Shown in pieces: positions 11,359 through 25,200 of a stretch of DNA of 64,000 bases. The stretch's first letter is position 1; each line of letters opens with the position of its first letter. The translations under genes were made by a program, and so were the position numbers. The notes below the pieces were generated by a model. The model worked only from the letters and a program-made list of their open reading frames with translations, did no database searches and was not told the DNA's origin. This DNA comes from Spongospora subterranea f. sp. subterranea (Eukaryota): positions 1 through 64,000 of the forward strand of contig JAUGWO010000092.1 of assembly GCA_049724395.1 (NCBI GenBank). Direction: 5' to 3'.

Positions 11359-13860
11359 ATGGATCCCAAGCCGCTGAACTCAGTAGTAAATCCGTTTGGC
11401 TTTAATTCGGCTGCGGTCTTCTCTCTACCGTCTACATCTCCGTTTTCTCTTCAACCCCATCCACCTTCGGTTCTTGATTGCTTACTCGACACCGATCCTG
11501 CCCCTTTACATGATTCGTCAGCAGATGAGGTTTGGAACCTATTATGGATGAATTTCAATGAAGGTGCATTGACGATGAAGTAGTTTTATGAGGCGTTAGC
11601 ATTACCGCCTCAAAAACGATCTGATACGCCTGACGTTCAGTCATCAGCATTGGCATCTGGAATCATACCTTGTGCAACAGCAGGTTATATTCCAGTTGGA
11701 ACGGTGTTTGGCCGGCCTTTATTACACGACGCTGTCCAATGGTCAGCTGACGATAAAATTGCTGTTCTCGGGGCCTTGGAAGTTGAAATCATCGTATGGC
11801 AACACCTTCTTGGTTTACGCAGCTTGTTAAGTCTTTCACAGGATATAGTCCCTCCGAACGAATCCCGCTCCCTCTCACCGGGAGTTGCACATATTGAAAT
11901 TCTGCCGTTACCAAACACATCTTCAGCTCTGCCAATGCCAGTTTCAGTGATCAGCGCTCGGTGGTCACCGACTCAGTGTTCACCTGTTTTCGGATGTCTT
12001 CTGTCAATCGTTCTTTCCGACGGGTCACTCTTGGTGTATTCTGAAAGCGCAATTTTGACGTCGTCATGGGTTTCTTGTCCTCTCCCGACGCAAGTTCTCT
12101 CAAAAAAGTATACTGCATCTGACTGGTCTCGAAGCTTCATCGAGAATCGTGCATATTTAGGAGCAGCGACTGCATCTGGTCAGGTATTTTTTCTAGTAGC
12201 ATCAAAGGTTATGCGGCACGGGGATGATCCCATTTTGACTCAAGTTTCTAACTCGCTCACTGTTCCCGATAAGTCAAAAATAACAATAATGAGGATATCT
12301 CATGAATCTGATGGAGCTATGTTACTTGCCGTCGCTACTGTTCAATTCGCCATTCATATTTATCGATCAAACGCAATGTCAGACACTTGTGTGTCGTTAG
12401 AGCTGATCCATACTATAATCGGGCCTTCACCAGTTGCTGCTATACGTAAAATGGAATTCTCAGCGCCATGTTCGTCGTCCGTTAAGCTGGCTTATAACTT
12501 TGGTTCTTCGATCGGCATTACAGAATATGGGACCGCCGTATCGTCGACGCAGCTCACCCTTCATGGACATCTTGGGTCTATCACTGGCCTTGCCTGGTCA
12601 AGAGATGGAGCGGTGATCACCTGCTCTTGCTCCACCATGCATATCAAGACATGGAAACATGATTCCTTCTCGAACCTGATCGTGCCTTTGAACGATACAT
12701 TCTCTCCTATTACTCAATCAGCCAGTTTGGCGACTAGTGAACTTATCGATTACTGCGACGATGATGAACATTCCAATATTCATCTTCAAGGTCATTTTGG
12801 AATAGGTTCATCTCCAGACCTCACTATGGCCGCTGTTGTCATTCCCATCTTGACGACGACAATGCCAGGACGTTCTGGCAAAGCATCAAGTAAACCAGAC
12901 TTGCTTTTTTCAATATATGCTTATCCAGTAAGGGCATTTGGATCACGTCCGGTTTGCGTTGGGTTCAATTTTCACCAGATTTCAAGTGACCTTGGTTATA
13001 TTGCTGACGCCACCTGTTCATCTCTGTGTTTATATCCGAACAATGTTCAGCAGTGTATTAACGTGTGCCATTCCCTTGGTGAATGCATTACTCTAGCGGA
13101 GGAGTACGAATCACAATTTTCAGTGTCAGGTCTACAGGTATTTCTCAGTGCTTCAATATTAATCCATGCATAATATAATTCACTCAGAGCCTCTTGGCTC
13201 TGGATGAGCGGAGCGTGGAATTAGCTTCGCTTTTACGTGCAGCGAACATTGTTAGATGGTCATTGATGAAAGCCGTTGTTCCAAGTGGCAAGAATCAACT
13301 TCACCGCGATGCGATTGCCCAAAATTTGGATCTTCTCGTCCGGGTCCACGTTCTCCGTATATTAACTCTTTTTACATCACATATCCGAAGCTGGCAGCAA
13401 CAATCACAAACAAGTTGCTGCAACTCGTGGGCTACAACCGTTATTTTAATCAGGCGATGGGTTATGCTTCAGAACGATCGCGATTTTTACGGATTATCTC
13501 AAAACGCATTGGAAGCTATGGAAGTTGTTATTACTACTGATAGTTCTCTGCCATCGATTGCCGATTTAGCAGAGTTTTGTCCTCTTTGCTGTAGCGAGGT
13601 GTTGATTTAGGTCGCATCTGTCATAACTGTTTATTTACCGTATATAGGTCCCTCTAACCAATCTGCTGAATGCACGATGTATCAACGGGCATTTTTTGAA
13701 AAGGTGTCGTTTGACACTGCAGATACTTCCACTTGAGCTCAGCAGGCGATGTCTCATCTGTGCAGGAAGTTGCTCCTTCCCGCAGGAGAGCGATAACTGG
13801 AGTACCCTTCATCCATTGGGCCCTCTTGTTTGTCCGCTTTGCTTTACCCATCTCGATTAG
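11359..13860 (+). CDS. Transcription factor IIIC 90-kDa/delta subunit-like (GTF3C4/Tfc8), spliced
   Basis: DAVQWSADDKIAV and ARWSPTQCSPVFGCLLSIVLSDGSLLVY (TFIIIC_delta-like); WD-type GHLGSITGLAWS; C-terminal Cys clusters CPLC, CINGHFLKRCRLT, CLIC, CPLC; first intron 11530-11583. Confidence 0.75.
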
Positions 13861-14111
13861 TGTATATCCACACCTGAATGTATTTATCCATAATTTCTAT
13901 ATATCTGATTTCAAATATGCCGCTCTCAGCATCTCTGTTTCGAGAGCGAAAGTCAATGTGATGATCGTGTATCATGGAATCAGACAAAATTCCCCTACCG
14001 TTTATTGCACGAAAATGGAGGCAGAAAGTCGTTTCACCAATCCTCTCGTAGCCAATGTAGATTTTGCGGAAAGGTTTATCGCTATATTTAAGTTTATTAT
14101 TGGCAGTGATA

Positions 14112-15723
14112 TTAATACGTGCTGACCGCCTGAACACATAAAATGATTATTAGAAATAGCAACTGGAATTGTAGAGCAGCCAAACTAGTCGCATCGCTAG
14201 AAGAACTTCTTGATTCTTGCATTCTTTCTGAGGCATCCTCGTGTTGCACCTCTCTTGCCATGTCCACATCAACAACGGCGCCTTGATGTCCTTTCAACGC
14301 TAGAATATGTTGTGATTTGTTCTGGGTCCTCTGCTATAGTTCCTTGCAGTTGCTGGTCAAAGCCGTCGTTGCAAGATGCTTGTATGTTCTCAGGAACATA
14401 TTCTACAGGCAAACATAACCATCTACCATTTTCATATAGTTTGCCTTGATCACACGCCCCTGTACTACCACGACAGAACCCATTACTGTTGAAATCGTGT
14501 TCATGATTACAATCGCATTGATGGAGAAAAGGGTTCCATTTCCCGTGAAGGCAACCTGATAAAGGTGGCATGTTTCCGATGGGTGTCCTAGGACAGAAGT
14601 CCGACGAAGTCATCTTGGCTCGATATTCATCTGCTGAAACTGGATTCTGCATCCATTCGATCAGTTGCCAGGTTGTTACTACCCAGACATCTTCGTGCTT
14701 CAACATATCGGTCAAAAGCTTTCGAAAGGCGCATGTTTTTTGCGAAAGCCAGCCCGAATGGAAAAACAATCCCACTGGCGAACGGTTGCCGTAGTACTTC
14801 TTCTCAAAATCATTCATGAACTAGCACGGCACTTAATGACATTGTTGTTGTTAATACAAAGGAATTCAGTTTTACCTGAGTATAAATATCACCTGTCACG
14901 TCGAGGGAATTCTGGTTTTCCAACGCCCATAATGGAACTGACCACATTCCAGGATATGATTCCCTGTACAATTTGAATCAGCTTTGGGGCTAGATCTCAA
15001 ACGATATAGCCCGCACCCTTCAGTACACGTTCCCGTCACCCTTGAGCAATCAATGGCAACGCCGTAATCAAGCGTATACGGAAACAGTTGAGCTGTATCA
15101 GGTAACTGGGATATGGAAGAATCGTAGGAAAATCCTAGAGAATAAAGCGACTGTCGCTGATCCACATCATGCTGGAGATATGGGGCTCGGAATCCACGAA
15201 TCTCAGCTTTCGGGACACCGGCTTCGTTGAGCCAATTTTTAGAGCACATAATGTCGTCCCAGCTTGGATATGCGTCATGATTGTATGAATGGTCGGCAAT
15301 CTCATGGTTGATGTGATATAGATATTCCACAAGTTCAGGTAGAGAGTGAACGATGGACACATACCATGTTACTGGTAATGGGCAATCGTTGCGGTTCGAC
15401 AGGCCATCAATGGCTGAATCAACAAAACCATCGTGTGAATTGCAGGCAGATATTTTCCAGGAGACACATACCTTTCAAAACTGTAGCAAACGAGGCACTG
15501 TTGACAGCGTCGTCGTGGGTCAAAAGAATAAACTGAGGAGGGTTATCAACAGGAGCCTTCGATCTGTGGATCAATTAGATATCATTGAGTCGTGATCAAG
15601 CGGCATCACTTACGATGCGCAAACGCAGGGTCCTGTGCAATTCGGTGGACAGTGATACCAATCAACTAATTGGGAATTTCCGAGCGCTGCAGTAGCCGCC
15701 AGTATCAGGACGATGAAAGACAT
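14112..15723 (-). CDS. Secreted polysaccharide/chitin deacetylase (CE4, NodB fold) with a Cys-rich tail and hydrophobic C-terminus, spliced
   Basis: Signal peptide MSFIVLILAATAALG; PQFILLTHDDAVN; HEIADHSYNH; IRGFRAPYL; YDSSI; PYTLDYG; GNRSPVGLFFHSGW; DVWVVTTWQLIEWMQNP. Confidence 0.88.
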
Positions 15724-16238
15724 GCTGACGATTGTCAGTGATTTATCAAAATGACTTCCGAACGTCCATGATACCTGTTGAAATTGCACTGGTCAATGTG
15801 TCCAAGACTCTTGACTGGGTAACACTTGGTGTTCACGTGACCGCACCGGTGTGTGAAACGTATCGATGACCTGTTGGGGACGGTCACCTACCGCTCTGAA
15901 TCTGAGATAGACGGTCGCGTGTTAACTGGGTCAATGCAGATATAGAGCAATGCAAGCAAACTTGGGATGAATTAGATGCACCATTGCTTAAGCGCCTTGA
16001 CCCAAGATTCTCAAATGGATTCTCAATTCTCAGACACGTTCAGACGTGATATAGCCGATTGAGCGTTTTGTATTGTATTCATGGTACCTCATACAAAAAG
16101 CTTCAGAACGAAAATTGCAGTCACGTTTCGAAACGTTTTAATGCTTCATGCTTCAACTAGCCATAGATTTGCATTCAGTTTTGTAAGGAAAACTTTTTGC
16201 ATTAGATAAATTTCGCTATAGTAGTTTATCGTGTTTTT

Positions 16239-19200
16239 TCACTCGCAAAAACAGGGATATTCTCGTTTTGGCGCTGCGGGTTGAAATTGCAGTTCTTCCT
16301 CTATCGCAGTTTCTGCGATCAACAAATCTTCCAAAACTTGAGACTTAATTTGTATTCGCAACAGCAGCTCACATCCGAACTCGGCGCTGCTGTTGTGCTC
16401 ACGTCGCTTTGCGTTTAGTTTGATCCATGCACCCTCATCAACTGATGCTTTCTCAACAAGTGATTTGAATCCAATGTCCAATTTTGCCACGCTTGATTCT
16501 CCAATAAATAGCTTCTTTTTGATGCGAATTGATATGGCCGTCGGCGAACGTGGCATGGGCATGACAAATCGAAACTCCCACTTTGGTTCCCATGACTCTA
16601 TATACGCCGACTTGAAGACTCTTGAGGCAGTGGATATCGTTGCACGAAGAGGGGGTGCTTTCTTTCTAGTCCACGCTGCAAAATTCCTTGCCATAATGAT
16701 CTGCTAACGCGGTTAAAACATAATGACAATGCAAGGCCGATTGAACATACCTCAAACTGGACCATTGCATCCAGATCGCATAACGACGCTTCACGAAGGT
16801 AATCCTTGCTATGAACGGTATGATATTGTCTGATCAAAGAATCTTCAACCAATCCAATATCGTCAACTGTCAATCGTTGTTCATCGAAAAGATCTGATAC
16901 AACATGTTATAAGGTCTCTGAAAAATTGTTGAGAGCGTAAAGGAGACCTTCATCTGTATATAGTTGAATATCGGATTGTTCAGCATCACTCTGAATTGCT
17001 GAATCATTTTCGACATCCCCTATTTGCTCAAGGAATTTTTGTGCATTCATTGTCTTCCGAGCCAGCATTTTGAATATTTTGTGCTTGGTTATATCCACTT
17101 GAGTAGACAAGTTCACAATATGGGGGTTGAAAAGCTTTACAGAAACCGCAACTGTCCCGCGAGCTTGAATAGGCATACCTTTTTTGGATTTCGTCAGTTT
17201 TAACACGAATTTCTTTTTTTGGTCCAAGGCAATCCCATCAAGACCAAATACAGCTTCCCCGATCAGTTTGTCTCGACCAATGCGTTTTCCAAAGACCTAT
17301 TGACAACGTAAGTATCACCTGGAAACCACGTTTTCCTCTTCTGACAACCTTAATGACGCATTCCACAGAATTCCAGTCTTTGACTGGGAAATGACAGGCA
17401 AACTCCCATACCGGATCTCGAGATTCCAGAGTTTGGCTTTGACATACTGAGGCAAAGTTCTGATCATGTTCATGCCGATCAGGGTCTTGATTTAGGCTAG
17501 ATTGATGCGTCATAATCATTGCAGAAGGTTTGCCTTGCAAAAACACCTGACGCAAAATTATCAGATTGTCAGCGGTGCGTTCTACACTTCACCCACTTTG
17601 CAGTACACTCGTAACTTGATTCGCATAACCAGCGCCGTTGCTGAATGAATAAGAACCTCTAGTGTTGTACCGGTATGAGCGGCCGAAGAAAGATGCATTT
17701 TCAGCCGCTGTAAATCGAATTCTAAAGTTTCAATCGTCTGAGGATCCGTCACTTGCTGAACGTCGCCATCTGCGGTAATAGACTGTTCGTCGTCGGCCGA
17801 CGTTGCATTCGTTAGAAAGTCGTCAGGCACTTTTTGGTCGGACAGTGGGCTGCATGGCCATACTCCTTGTATATCTCCACTTTCAGTGAGAGCCCAATAA
17901 TTTTGTTCATCACTTTCTTGAAGTGTTATCAATTCTGTGATCTTGTTGAAAAATTTTTCAGAGAATGCGGTTGGAACCTATGAAATATGAGATCGCCGGA
18001 CGTAGGATGGTTTTTAAATTACGAACCTGGCTCAGATTTACCTCAAATCTGTTTGTACCATGAAGCAATATCATGATATCTTCCTTGAACTTGATAATGA
18101 GTCCCTTAAGCGGGGCCATCCACTCTTCGTTAATGATAAGCGTATGGTTGATAGCCTCTGAAGCATCAAAAGAAGCGAGAAGTAGTCGTTTTGAGCTAAG
18201 AATTAATGACCGGCTATCTGGCAGGTCAAGAATGTCTACAAAGTCATCTTTTTTATACCTATTTTGACAAGTTAGCGGCTACCGCGAGCAACAGCATACA
18301 TTCGATATACTTAGATCTATGAATCACATCCAGGATGTATTTTCCCTTAGATGTTGATGGGCAATATGGTTTGATACGCCTATGCATTCCATAAAAATGG
18401 CGCGGAAACCGAACAATCATTGGTCGACGATGATTATTTTTGTTGTAGGTTGAAGCCGCGTTTCGGACGCCCCCTGCTGCGGCTGATGCTAACTGCAGCA
18501 CCGTCAGCCATTGGCGACTTAGCATGTTTCCAATACCTGAAGTGTTCCACTAATAGGCTTGGTTACGACACCGACCAAACCTTTTCCAACACCCTGACAC
18601 AAGGTCGGAATTCCGAACATTTAGGAACCTCGTTGATACGCACCACCATAAACCCTTTCATCCCGTCCTGCTGCGCTCCCTTTATTGGAGCAACAAACAC
18701 TCCAGTGACACCGGATAGAATTCCTCTACCAAACGCTGTACCTCCAGCTTTCATTGCCGACATTCCAGTGCCGTCTACAGCGTTCCACTGCATCTGTTGA
18801 ATCTTAGTTTTGGCTTTATAATCTTCATCCATAGTAATCGCAGCTGCAAGGTTGCCAAGGTTTCCGGTCACTTTCGAGGCAGAATTTAGTACACCTCCAA
18901 CCTGCATCATCATCAAAAATTTGCTGAACATACTAATATGAGCCTAACTGTTCCAGATAATAAAGCGGCGGATCCTTTCATGAGGCCTCGACCGAATGCA
19001 GCTGGGCTGAGGAAAGCATTAATATAATCAAGATCAGATTTGATCGATAGGATTACCCAAGAGCTAATCCTGCTGCTGGCTCAAAGAAAAAGTCCTGTAA
19101 TTTCGTGAATCCGTTGCCTGGACTGTGGCCAATACGTTAAACCTACCTTGACACCACTTCCCAATCCGGAGACAAGTTGAACAGGATTGCCCAAAACATC

Positions 19201-22200
19201 AGAAGAGCCTAATATATTGAATGCAGCACTTGCACCGTTTTTGATGTAATGGCTGAGGACTAAGTTGAAAAGATCTTCATAACTTGAAACATGATTGGAC
19301 AGTCCTAAAGCATTTAACCGGACTTGTGCAGAATCAAGGGCAATTGATGATGCGAGACGAAGGATCCAATCATAGTCGGTATACCGTTCAACTGGACTAT
19401 CAATTCCTTTCCAGAACGACACAGTCAACGATATCGGAGACATAATCATCATCCCAAAGAACACCTTAGCAAATCTCACCATATGACAAAGAATATTGCT
19501 GTAAAATTACCTTCTTCCCAGAATCCTGTCCAACAACTGGAAGTGCAGCAATGGGTAATGGAGGCGGACGAGCTTCTTGGGTGCCGGCAAAAGCGAGATC
19601 CATCAAATGTTGAATAAACCATAACATATTGCTCAACCAGCGAGTATTTGCCGTTAGCGACATGTCCAGAATTAGTAGGTTCACGTACCTAAACAAGAAT
19701 AAACAGCGAGAATTTCACGTTGATGCAATTTCTCCTACGGAAAGTAATCAAATAACTCAGATAAATATTCAGATTGAACGACAAGCTGAAACATCGGCTG
19801 CGGCGGGTTTTCTGCTTTGCGAACCGCACCGATTAAAACCATCTGAGTAGTATCGCCCCCACAGGATTTCACGTCCGGGTTATCGATTTGGAAATTTTCC
19901 GTCGAAAGCGACAAGGCATAGTCCTTCCAGTTGTTATTTATGAGGAAATCAGCTTCAAACTGGAAATTGCTTCTTGATAAGTGATAGAATGAGAGAGCAA
20001 TGGAGATCCCAAACCTGTAAGAGAGAGAGATACATGAGCTCTCTTTGGAATCCGGAATCGACAACACTGATCCCAAGCGCGGGAACGGTCAACTTCAGCC
20101 CAACCTCAAAACAATATGTTTGAATTGAAAGATCGACCCATTCAAATTGAATCAGGATGTCGCCTCGGGTGATTGCGCTTTCGCCAAGCTCAGAGCGAAA
20201 AAGATCGTCGGCATATTTATTCATTGACAATATCGGATGCCATTCCTATTGAAGAATAAGGTGGCGGGAGAATAGCGAAAAGTTTACATACCTGACTAAG
20301 CTGCTTGATAGGCAAATCGATGTAATCATTTATCACAATTGTGCATTCGCCCATAAAATCTATTTGACAGGTAATTGAAAACCGAAACAAATGTTACGTG
20401 GCGACATTTATACCATCCTCAGAGGCTTGGTCCTGGTCAAAAACAGCTATTCGAAGAACGAATCCATGGTTTGACGATAAGCGCTCATATTCGAAAACGA
20501 AAGATTCGTCCCAATCCGGATTTAGAGATTTCTTAATGACTTTCGTCTGAAAGTGTTGACTTCCGTAAGAAACCTAAGTTAACGCCATTGATATGGTTTC
20601 AATATCAAATTATTGATTCAACCTTGCAATAGGCATCCGATGTATTGCCCGCATCCATTGCCAGACAGTTTTTGGCTGAGATAATTCCAATCTTGAACTT
20701 CCCCGAAACAATTCGCTGCTTGGAGGACCTTGAGAAATGCGGTAACACTTGGGCAATGGTTGATCGCCTTTTGAGAAGGAGCCTGTGGATGCCTAGTGTC
20801 GCAATAAAAACCCAGTAAAAAAGGAAATTTACATTAACTACTTTCTCTCGTAGTCTTCGTAACACTCGACCGGTCTCGACGCGATTCAGCTAAAAATTCG
20901 CTCCTTTTCTGTTGTCAAGTTTTGCAAGTGCAACTGGAATTTTTGGACGGAGGTGTCCATGTTCGCTTTTAAAAGCGTTTTTAGCACATCGGAAGATCGA
21001 ACCCACTTCACAATGGTACAATAATTAGTGCATGGTTATTCGAAAAACGCGGACATACATGAAGCACCACCCGAACTAGACCGGATTGTTTCTCGGTAGA
21101 AATTTCCTTAGATAAGAAAGCGATCAAAATCCAAGCTTGAACAAGGTTTACCCTTATCAATACCTTGTCGCGGATTTTGTAAATGGGAAACCAGGAGTCT
21201 TGAGGCAGCTCATCTGCTAGCGAGGACAGCGGGATGCTAAACGCCCCGATGTTCTATCGAATGCAAGTACTTAAAAGTGGGAAAATTGTAAACAAGGCAG
21301 TTCTTTACATGATTTTTCACGACATTGTAATCCATGACACGAAACATAATTGATGATATACCGTCTCGAATTTGAACTACTGTTGAATAGTGAAAATGAG
21401 GATTGCGTTCTTTCATGCAAACAGGAGTGGCGTCTTTCGAATCTCCCGGCAATGATTTCGATAAATGGGTCGCAAAGGCCGTTCGCGTCCATTTTAGGTA
21501 AATCCCAGGCTTCAACAATCTATATGACGAGTTTTACATGATACACAATCAAAACCATACATCATTGTCAATTTCTACGTTGATAAACAGCTTTGATGGG
21601 CGGGTTCTCAACGACTCCGCTAAATTGACGTCTTTGTTATATTGCTTCTCAGCAAACTTGATGCACGACTCGAGCATTGATCTGGACTTATCAATAAGAG
21701 CAGTTAGGCTATCCGAAGATATGAGCGAGGGCCTGAGGGGACCATATAAATACGAGGAATCAATCCGACCGCAAGTGGCATACTGATCTTGCATAAAGTC
21801 AAGTTCAGTAATTCTTAAAATTTTCGTCGGGGATTCATTCTGAAAAGCTCATAACCATCATATACTATATGTACAGTATTTCTAATACCTGAACAGCTTC
21901 AACTAAAAGGCGACCTTTTCCGGTTCGCCATTCAGTCGCGGCGTCTGTGTCGTAAGTTTCCTCCATGTGAAAGCGCTGACACGTATCTGGCGAGCCTGTC
22001 GCACACCGGTAAACGCGTTTCAAGTCAAATATCAAGTGCTAGACGAACCATCGAACCGAGCGTCCACCCCCAGCGGTGCCAACGGTTCAAGCCAACAAAA
22101 TGGAAAACTTGAAAACGGAGGCACTGGATTCCAGGCTTCAAGGCCGATTTGAGAAACTTCGAATGAAAACCGTGTCTTGTTGTCAATCTGGCATGGGGGA

Positions 22201-25200
22201 AACTGCATGTCTCCGTATCGAAACACAGCATAGACAAGGTTGTCTCGTTGTTTGACAATGCACTCAACGATATTACTTGACTGGACTCCGTCTACCCTAA
22301 CAGACGATTGAACAAAGCAGTACGGAAGCAGATGTGCCCTCACGTTCTAGGGACAGATAGACTAATATGCCCCAAAATACTGAAGGTCAGAAGGCCTGAC
22401 CAACCTCCAGGGATGTTGGGATCGAACGAGATCCTCATCAGTTTTGGCTTATCAGGCTCTGGTAGCATATAATCCAGCAGTCGGCCTTTTGCTTCGACTT
22501 TGACTGTTCCATGATGGGCATTTTGACGCAAAAATATCGGCAGTGAAAGGCAGTTAACTATTACAAGCTGTGGCAAAATAGTAACAATCTTGGTTCGCTG
22601 AAATCTTCCCTAAAACGGCAAAGTTATCAGCATTTCAACAGTCAACGGTTCTGGACCCCACCGCCGCTCTGCATATTTTCACCCGTAGTTCATATTCAGT
22701 GCCATCATTCTGCCTGAGTTGAACACTAGTCCCAGCCTCTAGTTTACAGAGAGGTAGCTCTTCTGATTCCTTGGAATCTGCACCCCCTAAAAATACTTTA
22801 CCATTAACCATATCTTCGCATCCAGCCATTAGTAATGGGACACCTATCTCTCCACAATCAGGCCTAATACGTCAAGTACATAATACTGGAGTACCCTGAA
22901 CTGAATGCCTGGGATATGATTGCACGACATTGTTATTGTTGAAAGTGATTGATTTCGGGGTATGGTTTACAATCCAAAACTGAGAAAAAAGTCGCGCAAT
23001 CGGACATCCACCATGCTGATATTCCTGGTAGTATTTACTTAGACAATGACCTAAACCATTTCTGATAGTTATACCGTTTCACAGCTAAGGTGATTTGAGT
23101 AAATTTTGGCCTCTTTTCCATTGAGACTTTCAGGTACTCCAATCGGCAGCCGACGAACCTCACCGGGCTTGAAAACTGTGCCCGACGATGTTCTATTTGA
23201 TATTGATATTCGTTCCGAAAACATCCCCCCAGGCAAAGAAACAGATATGGCGATATCCAAACTGTTCATGAAGCACTCGATACGATTGCCGCATTGAAGA
23301 TTCTGAACCTCGACAGTTTGTCCTAGGAATTTGATTATCGCATGAAGCATTTCATATATCAAGCCTACCGTCCGCTCCGAAAAGGTTGACATTGCATAAA
23401 GAATACAGCAAGTTTTCAATGACTAATACAGGAGTAAGTGAAATCCGAAGTTGCTTGCCAGACATATTTTGATGCCCAAGTATATGTAAAGGTCTGTTTA
23501 GCTGAAGAGCAAATATTGCACTTTCAGTCCTAAGCGCTGCAGTGACAGGGTTACTATCGTTCTGAGCACAGATTCAGTCAGAATAAGGAACCAGGCAAAC
23601 AGCAAATTTTCACTGGTTCCGGGTTCAGTAGAAGATCAAACGTTCCCGGCGACATCAAATGTATGGGCATGAGTTCGATTGGAGATGAAAACCCGACATT
23701 TCTTCCAGTAAGCCTAACCATCACTCGCCCTGAAGCCAAAAAGAAACACAGTGCCTTTAGCTCAAGATGGCGTTCGTGGAAATTCTAAATCACCGTGATC
23801 AACAATTTGGACAGGGACAAAGACAGTCGCACCACGTTTTAGAGTAGTAATTTGAAAAAAGTTGCCCTTATCGGCAGATTCAAAAGCTATGTCGAGAGAA
23901 TGACCACTGAGATTTTCAAAAGTGGTCTATGACAATTGGCAACTAAGCATTACGCAATGCGTATTATCTTACGATGGCTTACCAGAGAATGTATTCGAAT
24001 TGTGACATAACCAAACCGCTTTGTCACTGTGGCCGCGATTTTGCCGTTGTCAAAAAAGCCTGTTTGATGATATTGAACACAAAGAAGGCTGCTGCCGTCA
24101 GAAAGTTTCACGAATAGTTCAGGAACTTGGCGACGCCTGACAGGGTTAAACTGCGATGGCAAAAATATATCCTTGCCATTGTCAATGATTGTATCTATAT
24201 CCTGTAATGGAAATTGAGTACCAAATCAAACAGGAAGTGGCCACCAACCAATATTGAAGATATCACATGCACTGACATTCCAGTGTCATTAATAACTATG
24301 TCATTTGAAGTCCATACTTGTTTTGGGGACGAGAGGATATTAAAAGTTTGAGCAGCATGGATTAATGCTATGAGGAAGAATGATGAGAAAGGGTCATTAT
24401 GATGTGATGTGACATATTTTGGCTCATACTCTCAGCTAAAGCGGAAGAACAAGTAATGTTCAATGGTCTCGTATCTCCTTCTATGTTCAAATCATGTGAG
24501 CCAACACCATCAAATATGTACTAGTAGCACAGTCAGATGGTTGACCATGAAAAAGAACTAAACCTGCCTTGATGGATAAAATCCAAGGTTCAATTAGAGG
24601 CTCCCATGATTGTGCTGTATGATTCATATACCAAGATTCAGTTTGAATAGCAAGGCTGGACTTTAACGAAGCATCTTGTTTGACTACTGCGTGTACCCTG
24701 AGTCCTGTTGCACGAATTCGCAGAACCGAAGATGGCTTTTCCGCAAATTGATCAACAAGTGCTATCTCAATACTGGGAACTGAGATTAAGAATCGCGACC
24801 CTTCGTATCCTGTAGTCAATGGGAATGGCGATACTTCTATTTCACGTTCTTCAATAACAGTTTCGGTTGATTTAAACACGGGTTCGGCTACTGTCGACAT
24901 GTTGTCATCGACATCATCCTTCAATGCCTGACCTGGAGACGAAGGCATGAACGCGTCCATAATTTGGAATAGAATGCGATAAAAAGGAGACGATACAGAC
25001 ATCTTTATCGGAGGTAGGCCAACTTCACCTAAAACGAAAGGAGATCCCATCTCTATAGACGTTCGTAACAATATTGCTGCTTCTATACTGCCCGTTGCGC
25101 CTAGAGGAGGGCACAGCTCAACATTGTCGTTGATCTCGGATGTTTGAGGTTGAAGCAACGTCAGACACTGGACTGGTTGCTCATGCAGGCCAATCATGTT

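Noticed and set aside
15811..15935. Possible structured ncRNA (CACGTGACCG...CGGTCGCGTG pairing)
   Set aside because: Only a ~10-bp imperfect stem with no family hallmark, in a promoter/3' UTR gap.
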